A stretch of DNA of 64,000 bases, from assembly GCA_964516815.1 (NCBI GenBank), contig CAZEXK010000004.1, forward strand, positions 19,255-83,254. Reading direction: 5' to 3'. Position 1 is the stretch's first letter. Each line of letters begins with the position of its first letter. This DNA is from an uncultured Helicobacter sp. (lineage in GTDB: Bacteria; Campylobacterota; Campylobacteria; Campylobacterales; Arcobacteraceae). The notes beneath the pieces are model-generated. The model was given only the letters and a program-made list of their open reading frames with translations, had not been told where the DNA came from and ran no database searches. Made by a program: the position numbers and the translations under genes. Below are positions 1-9,422 of this stretch, piece after piece.

Positions 1-358
1 TAATTTTCATAACTAAATCTATATTGTCAATATCTGGCACAGTGTAATTGAAATTTGCATTTGCTTTTGTAATTCCTAGTTCTTTACACTTATTAATTAC
101 ATTTTGGAATTCACTTTCATCTACTAATGATGTTTCTAAAAGTGATCCTATATCTACTTCTTGTTCTAAAATAGCAGGATAAAAAAGAAATTCTTCATAA
201 TAGTCTTTTCTTCTTAAATCCTTTGCAAAGTCACTTATTTTATAATTTGGATCATCTACATCATCAATACTATAATCTAGTTCGAAATAATCGTTATAAC
301 TACTTTGTTCTTTTGTTGTTGTTCCTATCCATAAGTGTACATGTGTAGCTAAAATCAA
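1..358 (-). CDS. Partial CDS (3' end lies outside the window): small acidic protein resembling the Imm22 polymorphic-toxin immunity family
   Basis: Hand translation of the minus strand from TTG at 358-356. This is the first possible start after the in-frame TAA at 374-376, which is also the pgsA stop. It gives 119 codons with no stop to the window edge: LILATHVHLWIGTTTKEQSSYNDYFELDYSIDDVDDPNYKISDFAKDLRRKDYYEEFLFYPAILEQEVDIGSLLETS...NANFNYTVPD. The VHLWIG / Y.ELDY / SDF..D...DY.EEF pattern matches my recollection of Imm22. It is absent from the ORF track because it is truncated. Confidence 0.45.
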   Translation of the reverse strand, partial: MILATHVHLWIGTTTKEQSSYNDYFELDYSIDDVDDPNYKISDFAKDLRRKDYYEEFLFYPAILEQEVDIGSLLETSLVDESEFQNVINKCKELGITKANANFNYTVPDIDNIDLVMKI

Positions 359-373
359 TACAATTCCTATTTT

Positions 374-919
374 TTAGTATTTTAAATAATCTCTTAAATA
401 TTCCCAACCAGAATATAAAGTAAGAATAACAGCAAACCATAATATCTCATGTGCAAATGGCCAATTCATAAGTAAAAAACCAATAGCAATCATTTGTACA
501 ACTGTTTTAATTTTTCCTATTAATGATGAAGAAACATCTTTACCTTCTTGAACAGCAACAACTCTTAATCCTGTGATAAAAAATTCTCTTGAAAGTATTA
601 AAAAAATAGCTATTGCACTTGCTCTATCTAGAACTATTAGTCCAATAAATCCTGCAAGCATTAGCATTTTATCAGCAAGAGGATCAATAATAGATCCTAG
701 TTGCGTCATTTGATTCCATGATCTTGCAATATAGCCATCAAAAAAATCAGTAACAGAAGCTATAACAAAGATAAGTGCTGCAAAATAATCTAGCCAAGAA
801 GCATGAATTCCTTCAAATAAACTATTGTCTTGATCAATCATAAACCACAACATCAAAGGTGCAAGAGCTATTCTAAATAGAGCTAAAATATTTGGAAGGT
901 TTAAATTTTTTTCTTTCAT
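374..919 (-). CDS. pgsA: CDP-diacylglycerol--glycerol-3-phosphate 3-phosphatidyltransferase
   Basis: 181-aa ORF with the CDP-alcohol phosphatidyltransferase signature DFFDGYIARSWNQMTQLGSIIDPLADK and several hydrophobic TM segments. Confidence 0.9.
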   Translation of the reverse strand: MKEKNLNLPNILALFRIALAPLMLWFMIDQDNSLFEGIHASWLDYFAALIFVIASVTDFFDGYIARSWNQMTQLGSIIDPLADKMLMLAGFIGLIVLDRASAIAIFLILSREFFITGLRVVAVQEGKDVSSSLIGKIKTVVQMIAIGFLLMNWPFAHEILWFAVILTLYSGWEYLRDYLKY

Positions 920-1683
920 TATTTTGTAAAAGTAGTTCCACCATCAACAATCAATGTAGTTCCAGTGATCCATGAAGCTTCATTTGAACATAAAAAATAA
1001 CAAGCACCTGCTAAATCTTCAGGCTGACCCATTCGTCCAAGAGGAGATAATGATGCAGTTTTAGCAGCTACTTCTTCATAGTTTGTAAAAGCTTTTAAAG
1101 CATCAGTATCAATTGGACCACCAGAAACAGCATTTACTCTAATACCTTTTTGTCCTAATTCATTTGCAGCATATTTAACCATTGTTTCAACAGCAGCTTT
1201 ATTTGTACCATGTCCTGCATAGTTTTCAATATATACTAAATTACCTGTAGATGATAAACTAACAATAGCACCACCATCAGTCATTCTTTTTACTGCTTCT
1301 TGAGAACCACAAACAAAAGCATCAACAGTAGCAGTATAAATGTTATTTAACCCTCTTGGCTTTAATTTCATGAATTTATTATAACCACCAACAACTGCTC
1401 GTCCGTATATCATTGCATTTGATATAAAATAATCTACTTTGTCAAAATCTTGATCTATTTGTAAAAATAATTCTTTTGATGTTTGAGGTTCTAAAATATT
1501 ATAAGCATAACATCTAGCTTTAATGTTAAAAGTATTTTGTAAATCCTCAACAATATCTAAAGCCATTTGTTCATTTGAATTGTATGTCAAAGCTATATCT
1601 ATGTTTTCTTTTGCAAATCTATATGCTATAGCCTTACCCATACCTTTTGTTCCACCTGTGATTACTAAAAGTTTGTTTGCCAT
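919..1683 (-). CDS. SDR-family oxidoreductase, FabL-like enoyl-ACP reductase
   Basis: 254-aa ORF with a Rossmann motif (ITGGTKGMGKAIA) and active-site region (SSTG...YAGHGTNKAA). The C-terminal half (RVNAVSGGPIDTDALKAF...GRMG...IVDGG) is colinear with B. subtilis FabL as I recall it. There is a 1-nt stop/start overlap with pgsA. Confidence 0.65.
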   Translation of the reverse strand: MANKLLVITGGTKGMGKAIAYRFAKENIDIALTYNSNEQMALDIVEDLQNTFNIKARCYAYNILEPQTSKELFLQIDQDFDKVDYFISNAMIYGRAVVGGYNKFMKLKPRGLNNIYTATVDAFVCGSQEAVKRMTDGGAIVSLSSTGNLVYIENYAGHGTNKAAVETMVKYAANELGQKGIRVNAVSGGPIDTDALKAFTNYEEVAAKTASLSPLGRMGQPEDLAGACYFLCSNEASWITGTTLIVDGGTTFTK

Positions 1684-2021
1684 TACTTTATTCCTATTAT
1701 GTAGTATACTTCTTTATTTGGTATAGTTTCTAAACTAACTTTATATTTGTCACTCCATTTTTTTACTACAGTATGAAACTCTTCTAACAAAGATTCATTT
1801 CCTAAGTTATCTGATTTTATTTTAAATTTATTACAATGATTAGATAACGCTACATAAGCATTAAGGTGTTTTAAGTTTTCATTTAGACTAATTAAGTGTT
1901 TTGAAAACTTGTCAAATCCTAGTGTATCGTCTATAGCATTTGTTGCTTGTTTGATAACTGTATCATTAATTGTGTAATTTAACGCCCCGAGTATAACTTG
2001 TGCAGTTACTTCTATATTCAT
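1683..2021 (-). CDS. Hypothetical protein (112 aa), translationally coupled to the FabL-like gene
   Basis: ORF whose stop overlaps the downstream ATG at 1683. An RBS-like AGGA lies upstream (aaacataTAGGACAATAAATG on the minus strand). I recognise no family. Confidence 0.5.
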   Translation of the reverse strand: MNIEVTAQVILGALNYTINDTVIKQATNAIDDTLGFDKFSKHLISLNENLKHLNAYVALSNHCNKFKIKSDNLGNESLLEEFHTVVKKWSDKYKVSLETIPNKEVYYIIGIK

Positions 2022-2105
2022 TTATTGTCCTATATGTTATTTTTATAAGTTTATCTAAATAATGCTAAATAATGCTATAATCACATTTATTATTAAAGGA
2101 CCTTT

Positions 2106-3206
2106 ATGAATATTATTGAATTATTTCAAAAATTACTACGTTTTAAATCACTAACTCCAAATGATGATGGAGCATTTAATTTTATCGATTCTTATTTAGG
2201 AGAAACTTGGAAATGCATTAACATTGATACAAAAGATGTTAAAAATAGATTTTATTACAAAAAGTTTACTAACAATAGCGAACATTTATGCTTTGCAGGA
2301 CATATTGATGTTGTTCCTACTGGAGAAGGTTGGAGTGTCGATCCTTTTGCAGCAAACATAAAAGACGGCATTATAATAGCAAGAGGTGCACAAGATATGA
2401 AAAGTGGATTAGCTGCTTTTTTATACGCTTGTAAAAATGCAAATAATTTTGATGGAACATTGAGTATACTTATTACAAGTGACGAGGAAGGGGAAGCTAT
2501 TAATGGAACAATTAAAGCATTAGAACATTTAAAAAAAATAAATTTTTTACCAACGAGTGCCATAGTAGCAGAGCCTACTTGTGAAAAAATTATTGGTGAT
2601 GCTATAAAAATAGGTAGAAGAGGTAGTATTAATGGATATTTGGAGATACAAGGTAAACAAGGACATGCTGCATATCCTGAAAAAACTATTAATCCAATTC
2701 ATCAAATTTCTAGTGTTATAAATAATATTGCTGGTTATAATTTAGACAATGGAGATGAATACTTTGCTCCTAGTCAATTAATTATTACTGATGTGCGTTC
2801 TGGTATGGAAGTTACAAATGTGACACCTGATAAATTAAATATGATGTTTAATGTAAGAAATTCTACTAAAACAACTCAAACAGAAATAAAAGAATTTATA
2901 CATAAATATTGTAAAGATTTTGAATATACTTTAAGATTGACACAAGGGTCATATCCCTTTATGACCGATGCAAATACTAAAATAGTAAAAAGTATGAGAA
3001 AAAGCATAAAAAATATTTTGCAAATTGATACAAAAAATTCTACAGCAGGAGGAACTAGCGACGCAAGATTTTTTGGACAATTCAAAATACAAACTATAGA
3101 ATTTGGAGTTATAAATGATACAATTCATAGTATAGATGAACGTATAAGCGTAATACAAATAGAAAAATTGACAAATGTATTTGAAGATTTGATAAAAAAT
3201 TATTAA
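2106..3206 (+). CDS. dapE: Succinyl-diaminopimelate desuccinylase
   Basis: 366-aa ORF of the M20 peptidase family (FAGHIDVVP, ARGAQDMK, TSDEEG). The N-terminus, IELFQKLLRFKSLTPND, is typical of DapE. RBS AAGGA lies upstream. Confidence 0.9.
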   Translation: MNIIELFQKLLRFKSLTPNDDGAFNFIDSYLGETWKCINIDTKDVKNRFYYKKFTNNSEHLCFAGHIDVVPTGEGWSVDPFAANIKDGIIIARGAQDMKSGLAAFLYACKNANNFDGTLSILITSDEEGEAINGTIKALEHLKKINFLPTSAIVAEPTCEKIIGDAIKIGRRGSINGYLEIQGKQGHAAYPEKTINPIHQISSVINNIAGYNLDNGDEYFAPSQLIITDVRSGMEVTNVTPDKLNMMFNVRNSTKTTQTEIKEFIHKYCKDFEYTLRLTQGSYPFMTDANTKIVKSMRKSIKNILQIDTKNSTAGGTSDARFFGQFKIQTIEFGVINDTIHSIDERISVIQIEKLTNVFEDLIKNY

Positions 3207-3284
3207 TAAGTTATAGCTTTTATATTCTTAAAATATAGACTTTGACAAATATTGATTATTTAGCTAGAATAACAAAAAATAAAA

Positions 3285-3491
3285 GTGAAGGCTATGACTG
3301 ATTTTATTGTATCAAAAGAAGAACTAATAGAAATGTTTAGTAGAAATGATATAAAAGATACAGATGATGGATGGCTATATAAAGAAGAATATTATATAAA
3401 TATTATTGCGTTACATCAAGATAATCCAAAATATATTTATGATGTATCAATTGCCCAAAGTTATAAAATAACGGCTATAAAATCATTTTAG
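3285..3491 (+). CDS. Hypothetical small acidic protein (68 aa)
   Basis: ORF only. It has a GTG start at 3285, with an alternative ATG at 3294. No family recognised. Confidence 0.35.
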   Translation: MKAMTDFIVSKEELIEMFSRNDIKDTDDGWLYKEEYYINIIALHQDNPKYIYDVSIAQSYKITAIKSF

Positions 3492-3505
3492 AGAGGAAAG
3501 TAAAT

Positions 3506-3769
3506 ATGTCACATTGTCCGTTTTGTAAGAAAAAAATAGCTATGAGTAAAGCATTTTGTTCAAGAGGTTGTAAGGATAATTACTTCCAATTAATTGCAAT
3601 ACAAATACCAAAGTTATTTTTAAAAAGAATTTATCAATTTTGTACAATTCAAGAAAGAGAAAAAGAAATTGAACTATTTGCTTCAAGACACAAGTGGAGA
3701 TTGGATTTGTTGAAAAACAAAATAGAAGAAGAAGCTCTTAAATATGGTTATGCTAAAGAAGATAGCTGA
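3506..3769 (+). CDS. Hypothetical zinc-ribbon protein (87 aa)
   Basis: Good RBS (AGAGGAAAgtaaatATG). The N-terminal CPFC-x11-FCSRGC motif forms a four-Cys ribbon, followed by a basic, helical tail. Confidence 0.5.
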   Translation: MSHCPFCKKKIAMSKAFCSRGCKDNYFQLIAIQIPKLFLKRIYQFCTIQEREKEIELFASRHKWRLDLLKNKIEEEALKYGYAKEDS

Positions 3770-3772
3770 ATC

Positions 3773-4588
3773 TTATTTCTTTTTTTCTAATAAAAAGTAA
3801 GAAACAATACTTAACAATATAAACCCAAGTGATATCAATATTCCCATAGTCAACCATGATGTTTGTAATAAAAAACCTAATTGTACATCTGGTTGTCTAA
3901 AGTTTTCTGCAACTATTCTCATCAAAGAATATAGACCAACATAAAGTAAAGCTAACTCACCATTAAATTTTTTCTTACTTCTATACCAAAATAATATTAT
4001 AAATATTACAAAACCTTCTAGGAATGCTTCATATAATTGTGATGGATGTCTTAGCATTCCTTGTGCAAATATTGCCCAAGGTAAATCACTAGCTCTACCA
4101 ATAAGTTCTTGATTCATAAAGTTTGCGATACGACCAAGTATATATGCTAAGGGTACTGATAGGGCTGCTATATCACTTAAAAACCAAAAAGAAATTTTGT
4201 ATTTTTTAGAAAATAATATTGTAGCTATAATAAACCCAATAAGAGCTCCGTGATAACTCATCCCTGATATTCCAACAAACTGTCCATTGACAAAAGGATT
4301 AAATATTTGCCAAGGTTGTGTTAAATAATATAATGCATTATTATCATAAAAAATAATGTATCCAATCCTAGCACCCAATATTACACCAATTTCAGCCCAC
4401 CAAATATAATTATCTAAAACATCTTTTGATATATCTAAATTATCTTTTTTTATTATGTAATGTGCTGTGTATATGGCCATTAATAATGCAAATGCATACA
4501 TAAGACCGTACCAATGAACATTTATTGAAAATATATTAAATGCTACGGGGTTAAACGTAGAATAAATATTTTGCCAATATTCTTGCAT
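3773..4588 (-). CDS. lgt: Prolipoprotein diacylglyceryl transferase
   Basis: 271-aa polytopic ORF with Lgt motifs (HWYGLMYA, GARIGYI, GRIANFMNQELIGR, HPSQLYEA). Confidence 0.92.
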   Translation of the reverse strand: MQEYWQNIYSTFNPVAFNIFSINVHWYGLMYAFALLMAIYTAHYIIKKDNLDISKDVLDNYIWWAEIGVILGARIGYIIFYDNNALYYLTQPWQIFNPFVNGQFVGISGMSYHGALIGFIIATILFSKKYKISFWFLSDIAALSVPLAYILGRIANFMNQELIGRASDLPWAIFAQGMLRHPSQLYEAFLEGFVIFIILFWYRSKKKFNGELALLYVGLYSLMRIVAENFRQPDVQLGFLLQTSWLTMGILISLGFILLSIVSYFLLEKKK

Positions 4589-5917
4589 TTAAGTCAACTC
4601 TTTATTTAGGGCATCACTTATTAGTTCAATTGGATTTTTAAATATTACATCTTGTACATTTGCATTATGTAAAGAATTTGTGATTTGCATTCTACAAGCA
4701 CTACATTCTGCACTTACTATATTTGCGTTTGTCTGTGTAATCATAGCAGCTTTTGGAGTTCCTGCTAGTTTTGAGTATTCATATTTTTCACTTTGCATAG
4801 TAACTCCACCAAATCCACAACATCTATTAGAATCACTCATTTCAGTTAATGTATAATTTTTTGAAAGTAATGTTCTAGGTTCTTTATAAACACCTTGCAT
4901 TTTTTTTGCATGACATGGGTCATGATAAGTTACTACATCTGAAAATGAAGTTTTGTTTTTTTCTAATATATTTTCTAAATTTGTATTATTTTCTAGCCAT
5001 TTTGTTGCCATGTGTACTTTAGGAGCAATTTTCATAGCTCTTTGTTTCCATGATTCTTGATCGTGTAAGTAATGTGCCCAATCAATATTTATCATAGCGC
5101 TACAAGTGGCTTCTGGTATGATTATTGCATCTACTTCATCTATAAATGTTTCAAAATATTCTATATTTTTTTTAACTAAATAATCAACACTGTTAAAATC
5201 TCCTGTAAAATAAGCAGGAGCAGAACAACAAAGTTGCTCTTTGGGAATCATTACATCCAGTCCTAATGTATCTAAAATATTTAGCAAGGCCTCACCTGTG
5301 TTTGTGTATGAATAATTACCCATACAGCCAATAAAGATAGCTACTTTTTTATGCTTTAATTTATAATTTTTTGTAGTTAATTTCTCTTTATGTATTGAAG
5401 GTATTTGTTCTTTGTGTTTATTTAAGAAGCTGATTTTTTTAGCATAAGGTAAACTTCTATCTTGTATCATTTGAATTGGTAGGTTTATTCTAAATGTCGC
5501 ACTTTGTTTTTGCTCATCTATTTTTATACCACAAGTTTGAAATACCCAACCCATTTTTGCCATAAAATCCATAATCTTTCTATGTCTTAATAAAAAGAAA
5601 AAAGCTTTTTTATACCAAGTAATACCAAACTTCTTAGCTATATCCGAACGTACTTGTTCTATTATCATATCTGTTGGTAAATCATTTGGACATACTTCAA
5701 CACAATTTGTACACAAAAAACATGACTCAAATATATCTTTTGCAGTTTTATCAAGTTCTAGGTTTCCATTTTTGTATTCACCCAATAAATCTATGAAGCC
5801 TCTAGGTGAAGTTGCTTCATCTTGATTTATGTTAAAAATTGTACACACTGGCTTACATTTACCACATTTAATGCAATCATCGCTAATTGAAGTATAATCA
5901 AATTTTTTGTTTTCCAC
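4589..5917 (-). CDS. (Fe-S)-binding oxidoreductase subunit, GlcF/GlpC-like (2x[4Fe-4S] plus two CCG domains)
   Basis: 442-aa ORF with a GTG start. It has CIKCGKCKPVCT and CFLCTNCVEVCP ferredoxin motifs, then cysteine-rich CCG-type repeats (CCSAP..., CCGFGG). Confidence 0.75.
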   Translation of the reverse strand: MENKKFDYTSISDDCIKCGKCKPVCTIFNINQDEATSPRGFIDLLGEYKNGNLELDKTAKDIFESCFLCTNCVEVCPNDLPTDMIIEQVRSDIAKKFGITWYKKAFFFLLRHRKIMDFMAKMGWVFQTCGIKIDEQKQSATFRINLPIQMIQDRSLPYAKKISFLNKHKEQIPSIHKEKLTTKNYKLKHKKVAIFIGCMGNYSYTNTGEALLNILDTLGLDVMIPKEQLCCSAPAYFTGDFNSVDYLVKKNIEYFETFIDEVDAIIIPEATCSAMINIDWAHYLHDQESWKQRAMKIAPKVHMATKWLENNTNLENILEKNKTSFSDVVTYHDPCHAKKMQGVYKEPRTLLSKNYTLTEMSDSNRCCGFGGVTMQSEKYEYSKLAGTPKAAMITQTNANIVSAECSACRMQITNSLHNANVQDVIFKNPIELISDALNKELT

Positions 5918-5943
5918 TAAAATACCTTGCGTTTATTACCGCG

Positions 5944-5949
5944 ATTATA
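5944..5949 (-). promoter_or_regulatory. Putative -10 box (TATAAT) followed by a GC-rich discriminator (CGCGGT), for the Fe-S oxidoreductase gene
   Basis: The minus strand reads tgTTATAATCGCGGTaataaacgcAAGGtattttaGTG. The -10 box, RBS and GTG are all correctly spaced. Confidence 0.4.
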
Positions 5950-6047
5950 ACAAAAAAATTATTTTAAATATATAAAACATATGCTTTGTTTAGTTTACTA
6001 AAGTATATTTTAATTTGTTTTTTATAATTATTTTGTAAACATGCGTT

Positions 6048-6545
6048 ATGAAAAAAATAATTAACAAAGATTTGACATTGTATTTTAACTCAAATTATCC
6101 TAAAACATATAGTAAGCAATCAAATAAAAAATATACTGTTTACTTAGGTATTGGTGGGAATATTGGAGATATGAAAAAAACTTTTAATCTTTTGTTATTA
6201 AGTATGAATAGCAACTCAAATTTGACTATGATTAAAACATCAGCAATATTAAAAAATCCACCTTTTGGATTTTTGCAACAAGATTTTTTTTATAATGCAG
6301 TTATAAAAATTCAAACAAACCTAAGTGCTTATGAATTATTGCGTTTGTGTTGGCATTACGAAAATCGTTTTAAAAGATTAAGATCATTTAAAGATGCTCC
6401 AAGAACTTTAGATATTGATATTATAATGATTAAAAGTAAAAATAAAAATATAAAAATCAAATCAAAGATATTAAATGTACCTCATATTCATTATAAAAAT
6501 AGACAAAGCGTAACAATACCCCTAAAACAACTAAATAGTGTGTAA
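6048..6545 (+). CDS. folK: 2-amino-4-hydroxy-6-hydroxymethyldihydropteridine diphosphokinase
   Basis: 165-aa ORF with HPPK motifs (VYLGIGGNIGD, PPFGF..Q..FYNAV, RTLDIDII). It carries about 29 aa of N-terminal extension before the conserved core. Confidence 0.8.
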   Translation: MKKIINKDLTLYFNSNYPKTYSKQSNKKYTVYLGIGGNIGDMKKTFNLLLLSMNSNSNLTMIKTSAILKNPPFGFLQQDFFYNAVIKIQTNLSAYELLRLCWHYENRFKRLRSFKDAPRTLDIDIIMIKSKNKNIKIKSKILNVPHIHYKNRQSVTIPLKQLNSV

Positions 6546-6621
6546 TTATTAATAAATTTTTATTAATATAATTAAAATAAATAAGAGTATAATTCCACTA
6601 AATTTAAAGTAAAGAATTAGC

Positions 6622-7659
6622 ATGAAAAAAAATGAAAAAATAATAGTAGGAATGAGTGGTGGAATTGATTCATCTGTTACAGCTTACCTTTTAAATAAAG
6701 AAGGTTATGACGTTGAAGGAATTTACCTAAAACTTCATGAAACATCAAGTGATTACCATAAAAACAATATAAGTACTATTGAAGAAGTATGTGAATTTTT
6801 AGGTATAAAATTTCATATATTAGATTTAACAGAAAAGTTTAAAACAGAAGTATATGATTATTTTGTAAATTCATATATAGAAGGAATTACGCCAAACCCT
6901 TGTGTAAAGTGTAATAAAACTATAAAATTTGGTTCTATGATTGATAAAATGAAAGAATTAAATGGAAAATATTTAGCTACTGGACATTATGCAAAAACCG
7001 ATGGAGAGCATATATATTGTGCAAGTGATATGACTAAAGATCAATCTTATTTTCTAGCACAAGTTAATCAAGAAAATTTGAAACACATGATGTTTCCAAT
7101 GGCAGAATATACTAAAGAGTATATAAAAGAAATGGCTGCTGATATTCCAATACTAAAAGAAGTTGCGAAGAAGAAAGAATCTCAAGAAATTTGTTTTGTG
7201 CCAGATGTTTATACAAAAATATTAGATAAGCATACAAATATAGATATGCCTGGTAAAACATTGGATACAAGTGGAAATGTAATAGGTACACATAAAGGTT
7301 ATATGCATTATACAGTTGGTAAAAGAAGAGGTTTTTATGTTCATGGAGCTCATGAACCTCATTTTGTTGTAAGTCAAGATAAAAAAAACAATACAATTAC
7401 TGTTGGGAAAAAAGAAGACCTATATATAAAATTTGTTAAATTGAATAATTTAAATATGTTTACAAATGAGAAAAATTTCGATGCTAGTGTTAAGTTAAGA
7501 TACAAAAGTAAATCAATCAAGTGTCACGTTAGTATTGAAGATAATATAGCTAATGTTACGTTGAAAGAAGATGTTTTTGGTGTAGCACAAGGTCAAGTAG
7601 CAGTATTATATATTGAAGATAAAGTTATTGCTAGTGGTTTTATTATTGAAACTAGCTAA
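6622..7659 (+). CDS. mnmA: tRNA 2-thiouridine(34) synthase
   Basis: 345-aa ORF with the PP-loop VGMSGGIDSSV, the NPCVKCN motif and DQSYFL. Confidence 0.93.
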   Translation: MKKNEKIIVGMSGGIDSSVTAYLLNKEGYDVEGIYLKLHETSSDYHKNNISTIEEVCEFLGIKFHILDLTEKFKTEVYDYFVNSYIEGITPNPCVKCNKTIKFGSMIDKMKELNGKYLATGHYAKTDGEHIYCASDMTKDQSYFLAQVNQENLKHMMFPMAEYTKEYIKEMAADIPILKEVAKKKESQEICFVPDVYTKILDKHTNIDMPGKTLDTSGNVIGTHKGYMHYTVGKRRGFYVHGAHEPHFVVSQDKKNNTITVGKKEDLYIKFVKLNNLNMFTNEKNFDASVKLRYKSKSIKCHVSIEDNIANVTLKEDVFGVAQGQVAVLYIEDKVIASGFIIETS

Positions 7660-7710
7660 AGAAATATTTCGATATAATTAGAAATATTTTTATAAAAGGA
7701 TTTCATTAAT

Positions 7711-8640
7711 ATGAGAGAATACAAAATAGTAAGTGGTACAGCTAATCCAAAGTTTGCACAAAGCGTTGCTAAACATTTACAAACAAAGCTAGTTGATGTC
7801 CAAATTAATAAGTTTTCTGATGGTGAAATAGATATAAAAATCACAGAATCTGTTAGAGGTGCGGATGTATTTATCATCCAACCCACATGTTCACCCACAA
7901 ATGATAATCTAATGGAATTGTTAATAATGGTTGATGCATTTAAACGTTCAAGTGCGGGAGAGATAAATGCAGTTATCCCTTATTATGGATATGCAAGGCA
8001 AGATAGAAAAGCTGCGCCTAGAGTACCTATATCTGCGAAACTAGTAGCTGATATGTTAGAAACTGCTGGTGTTGATAGAGTAATTACAATAGATTTACAT
8101 GCTTCACAAATTCAAGGTTTCTTTTCTATACCTGTTGATCACTTATTGGGAAGTATATTGTTTATTGATTATATTAAAGCAAAAAATTTTAAAAATCCAA
8201 TAATAGCTAGTCCTGATGTTGGTGGAGTGGCAAGAGCTAGAACATATGCAGAAAAACTTGGTTATGATTTAGTTATAGTAGATAAAAAAAGAGAAAAAGC
8301 CAATATATCGGAAGTTATGAATATAATAGGTGATGTTCAAGGTCGAGATGTAATTATATTAGATGATATGGTGGATACGGCAGGTACTTTGACTAAGGCA
8401 GCCGATGTTTTAAAGGCTAAAGGTGCAACATCTGTTATGGCGTGTTGTACTCATGGAGTACTTAGTGGTCCTGCTTTACAAAGAATTAGTGACAGTACTT
8501 TAGATGAATTAGTTATAGCTGATACTATTCCTTTAGAAAAAGAGCATGAAAAAATTACAGTTTTAACAGCAACAAAAATTACCGGAGATGCAATACATAG
8601 GATACATTCACACGAATCTATTCAAAGTGTGTTTATTTAG
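7711..8640 (+). CDS. prs: Ribose-phosphate pyrophosphokinase
   Basis: 309-aa ORF with FSDGE, YYGYARQDRK and the PRPP-binding loop VIILDDMVDTAGT. Confidence 0.95.
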   Translation: MREYKIVSGTANPKFAQSVAKHLQTKLVDVQINKFSDGEIDIKITESVRGADVFIIQPTCSPTNDNLMELLIMVDAFKRSSAGEINAVIPYYGYARQDRKAAPRVPISAKLVADMLETAGVDRVITIDLHASQIQGFFSIPVDHLLGSILFIDYIKAKNFKNPIIASPDVGGVARARTYAEKLGYDLVIVDKKREKANISEVMNIIGDVQGRDVIILDDMVDTAGTLTKAADVLKAKGATSVMACCTHGVLSGPALQRISDSTLDELVIADTIPLEKEHEKITVLTATKITGDAIHRIHSHESIQSVFI

Positions 8641-8716
8641 TAAAATAATTAAGTTTTAGGTATATTAAAGTTAGTATATAATAAAATGCTGATATAAAAA
8701 AAAATAAAGGGAAAAT

Positions 8717-9247
8717 ATGATAAAAAATGTTTTAAAAGTTTTAAGCTTAGTAGCGGTTGTTGGTTTATTCCAAGCATGCGCAAAGAATGATGCGACACCA
8801 TGCAACTATGGTCATAACGTAAATGATGGAGTTTTAGAAAATAGTTACAACTTAGGTTGTAATGCTTCAAAAGCTGCATCAGCTGGATCAAATGATGCAG
8901 AAAATGCAATGAACAAATCAACTACTGCAAACTTTGATGTTGATAAAGCTGTACTTAAAGCTGACGACAAAAATAAAATTATTGCTTTTGCTGCTTACTT
9001 AAGTGAAAATGCTTCAGCTAAAATTGTAATTGAAGGTCACACAGATTCAAGAGCAAGTGAAAAATATAATGAAAGTTTAGCAGCTAGAAGAGCTATTGCA
9101 GTTAGAGATATGCTAATTGCAAAAGGTGTTAAAAATGATAGAATTAGAGTTGAATCTTATGGTGAAACACAACCAGTTATTGATAACTCAACAGAAGAAA
9201 ATATGGCTCAAAATAGAAGAGCAGTAACTAAATTAATTAGACACTAA
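8717..9247 (+). CDS. OmpA-family peptidoglycan-associated lipoprotein
   Basis: Signal peptide ending in a lipobox-like LFQAC. C-terminal OmpA domain (IEGHTDSRASEKYNESLAARRA...NRRAV). Confidence 0.8.
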   Translation: MIKNVLKVLSLVAVVGLFQACAKNDATPCNYGHNVNDGVLENSYNLGCNASKAASAGSNDAENAMNKSTTANFDVDKAVLKADDKNKIIAFAAYLSENASAKIVIEGHTDSRASEKYNESLAARRAIAVRDMLIAKGVKNDRIRVESYGETQPVIDNSTEENMAQNRRAVTKLIRH

Positions 9248-9258
9248 ATTCTATAAAT

Positions 9259-9282
9259 AACAAAAAGATTTTTCTTTTTGTT
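9259..9282 (+). terminator. Weak AT-rich hairpin downstream of the OmpA-family gene
   Basis: AACAAAAAGA-tttt-TCTTTTTGTT: a 10-bp stem with a T-rich 3' arm. The stem is almost entirely A:T, so the call is uncertain. Confidence 0.3.
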
Positions 9283-9422
9283 ATGCCTTATTAAATTAAT
9301 AAATTTATTTAATAAAAACACTACACAAACTCAATTTATAAACATTACACATAAGCACAATTTATTAGCTCTTAACTAATATTTGGATAATATACAATTA
9401 TATTAAACAATAGGATTATGCA

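Noticed and set aside
7664-7680. CGATAT upstream of prs, resembling the sigma-28 -10 element of Campylobacter flagellar promoters.
   Set aside because: The nearest upstream TAAA is only 9 nt away, not about 15, and prs is not a flagellar gene. The sequence reads better as an ordinary GATATAAT extended -10, as seen before valS and rseP.
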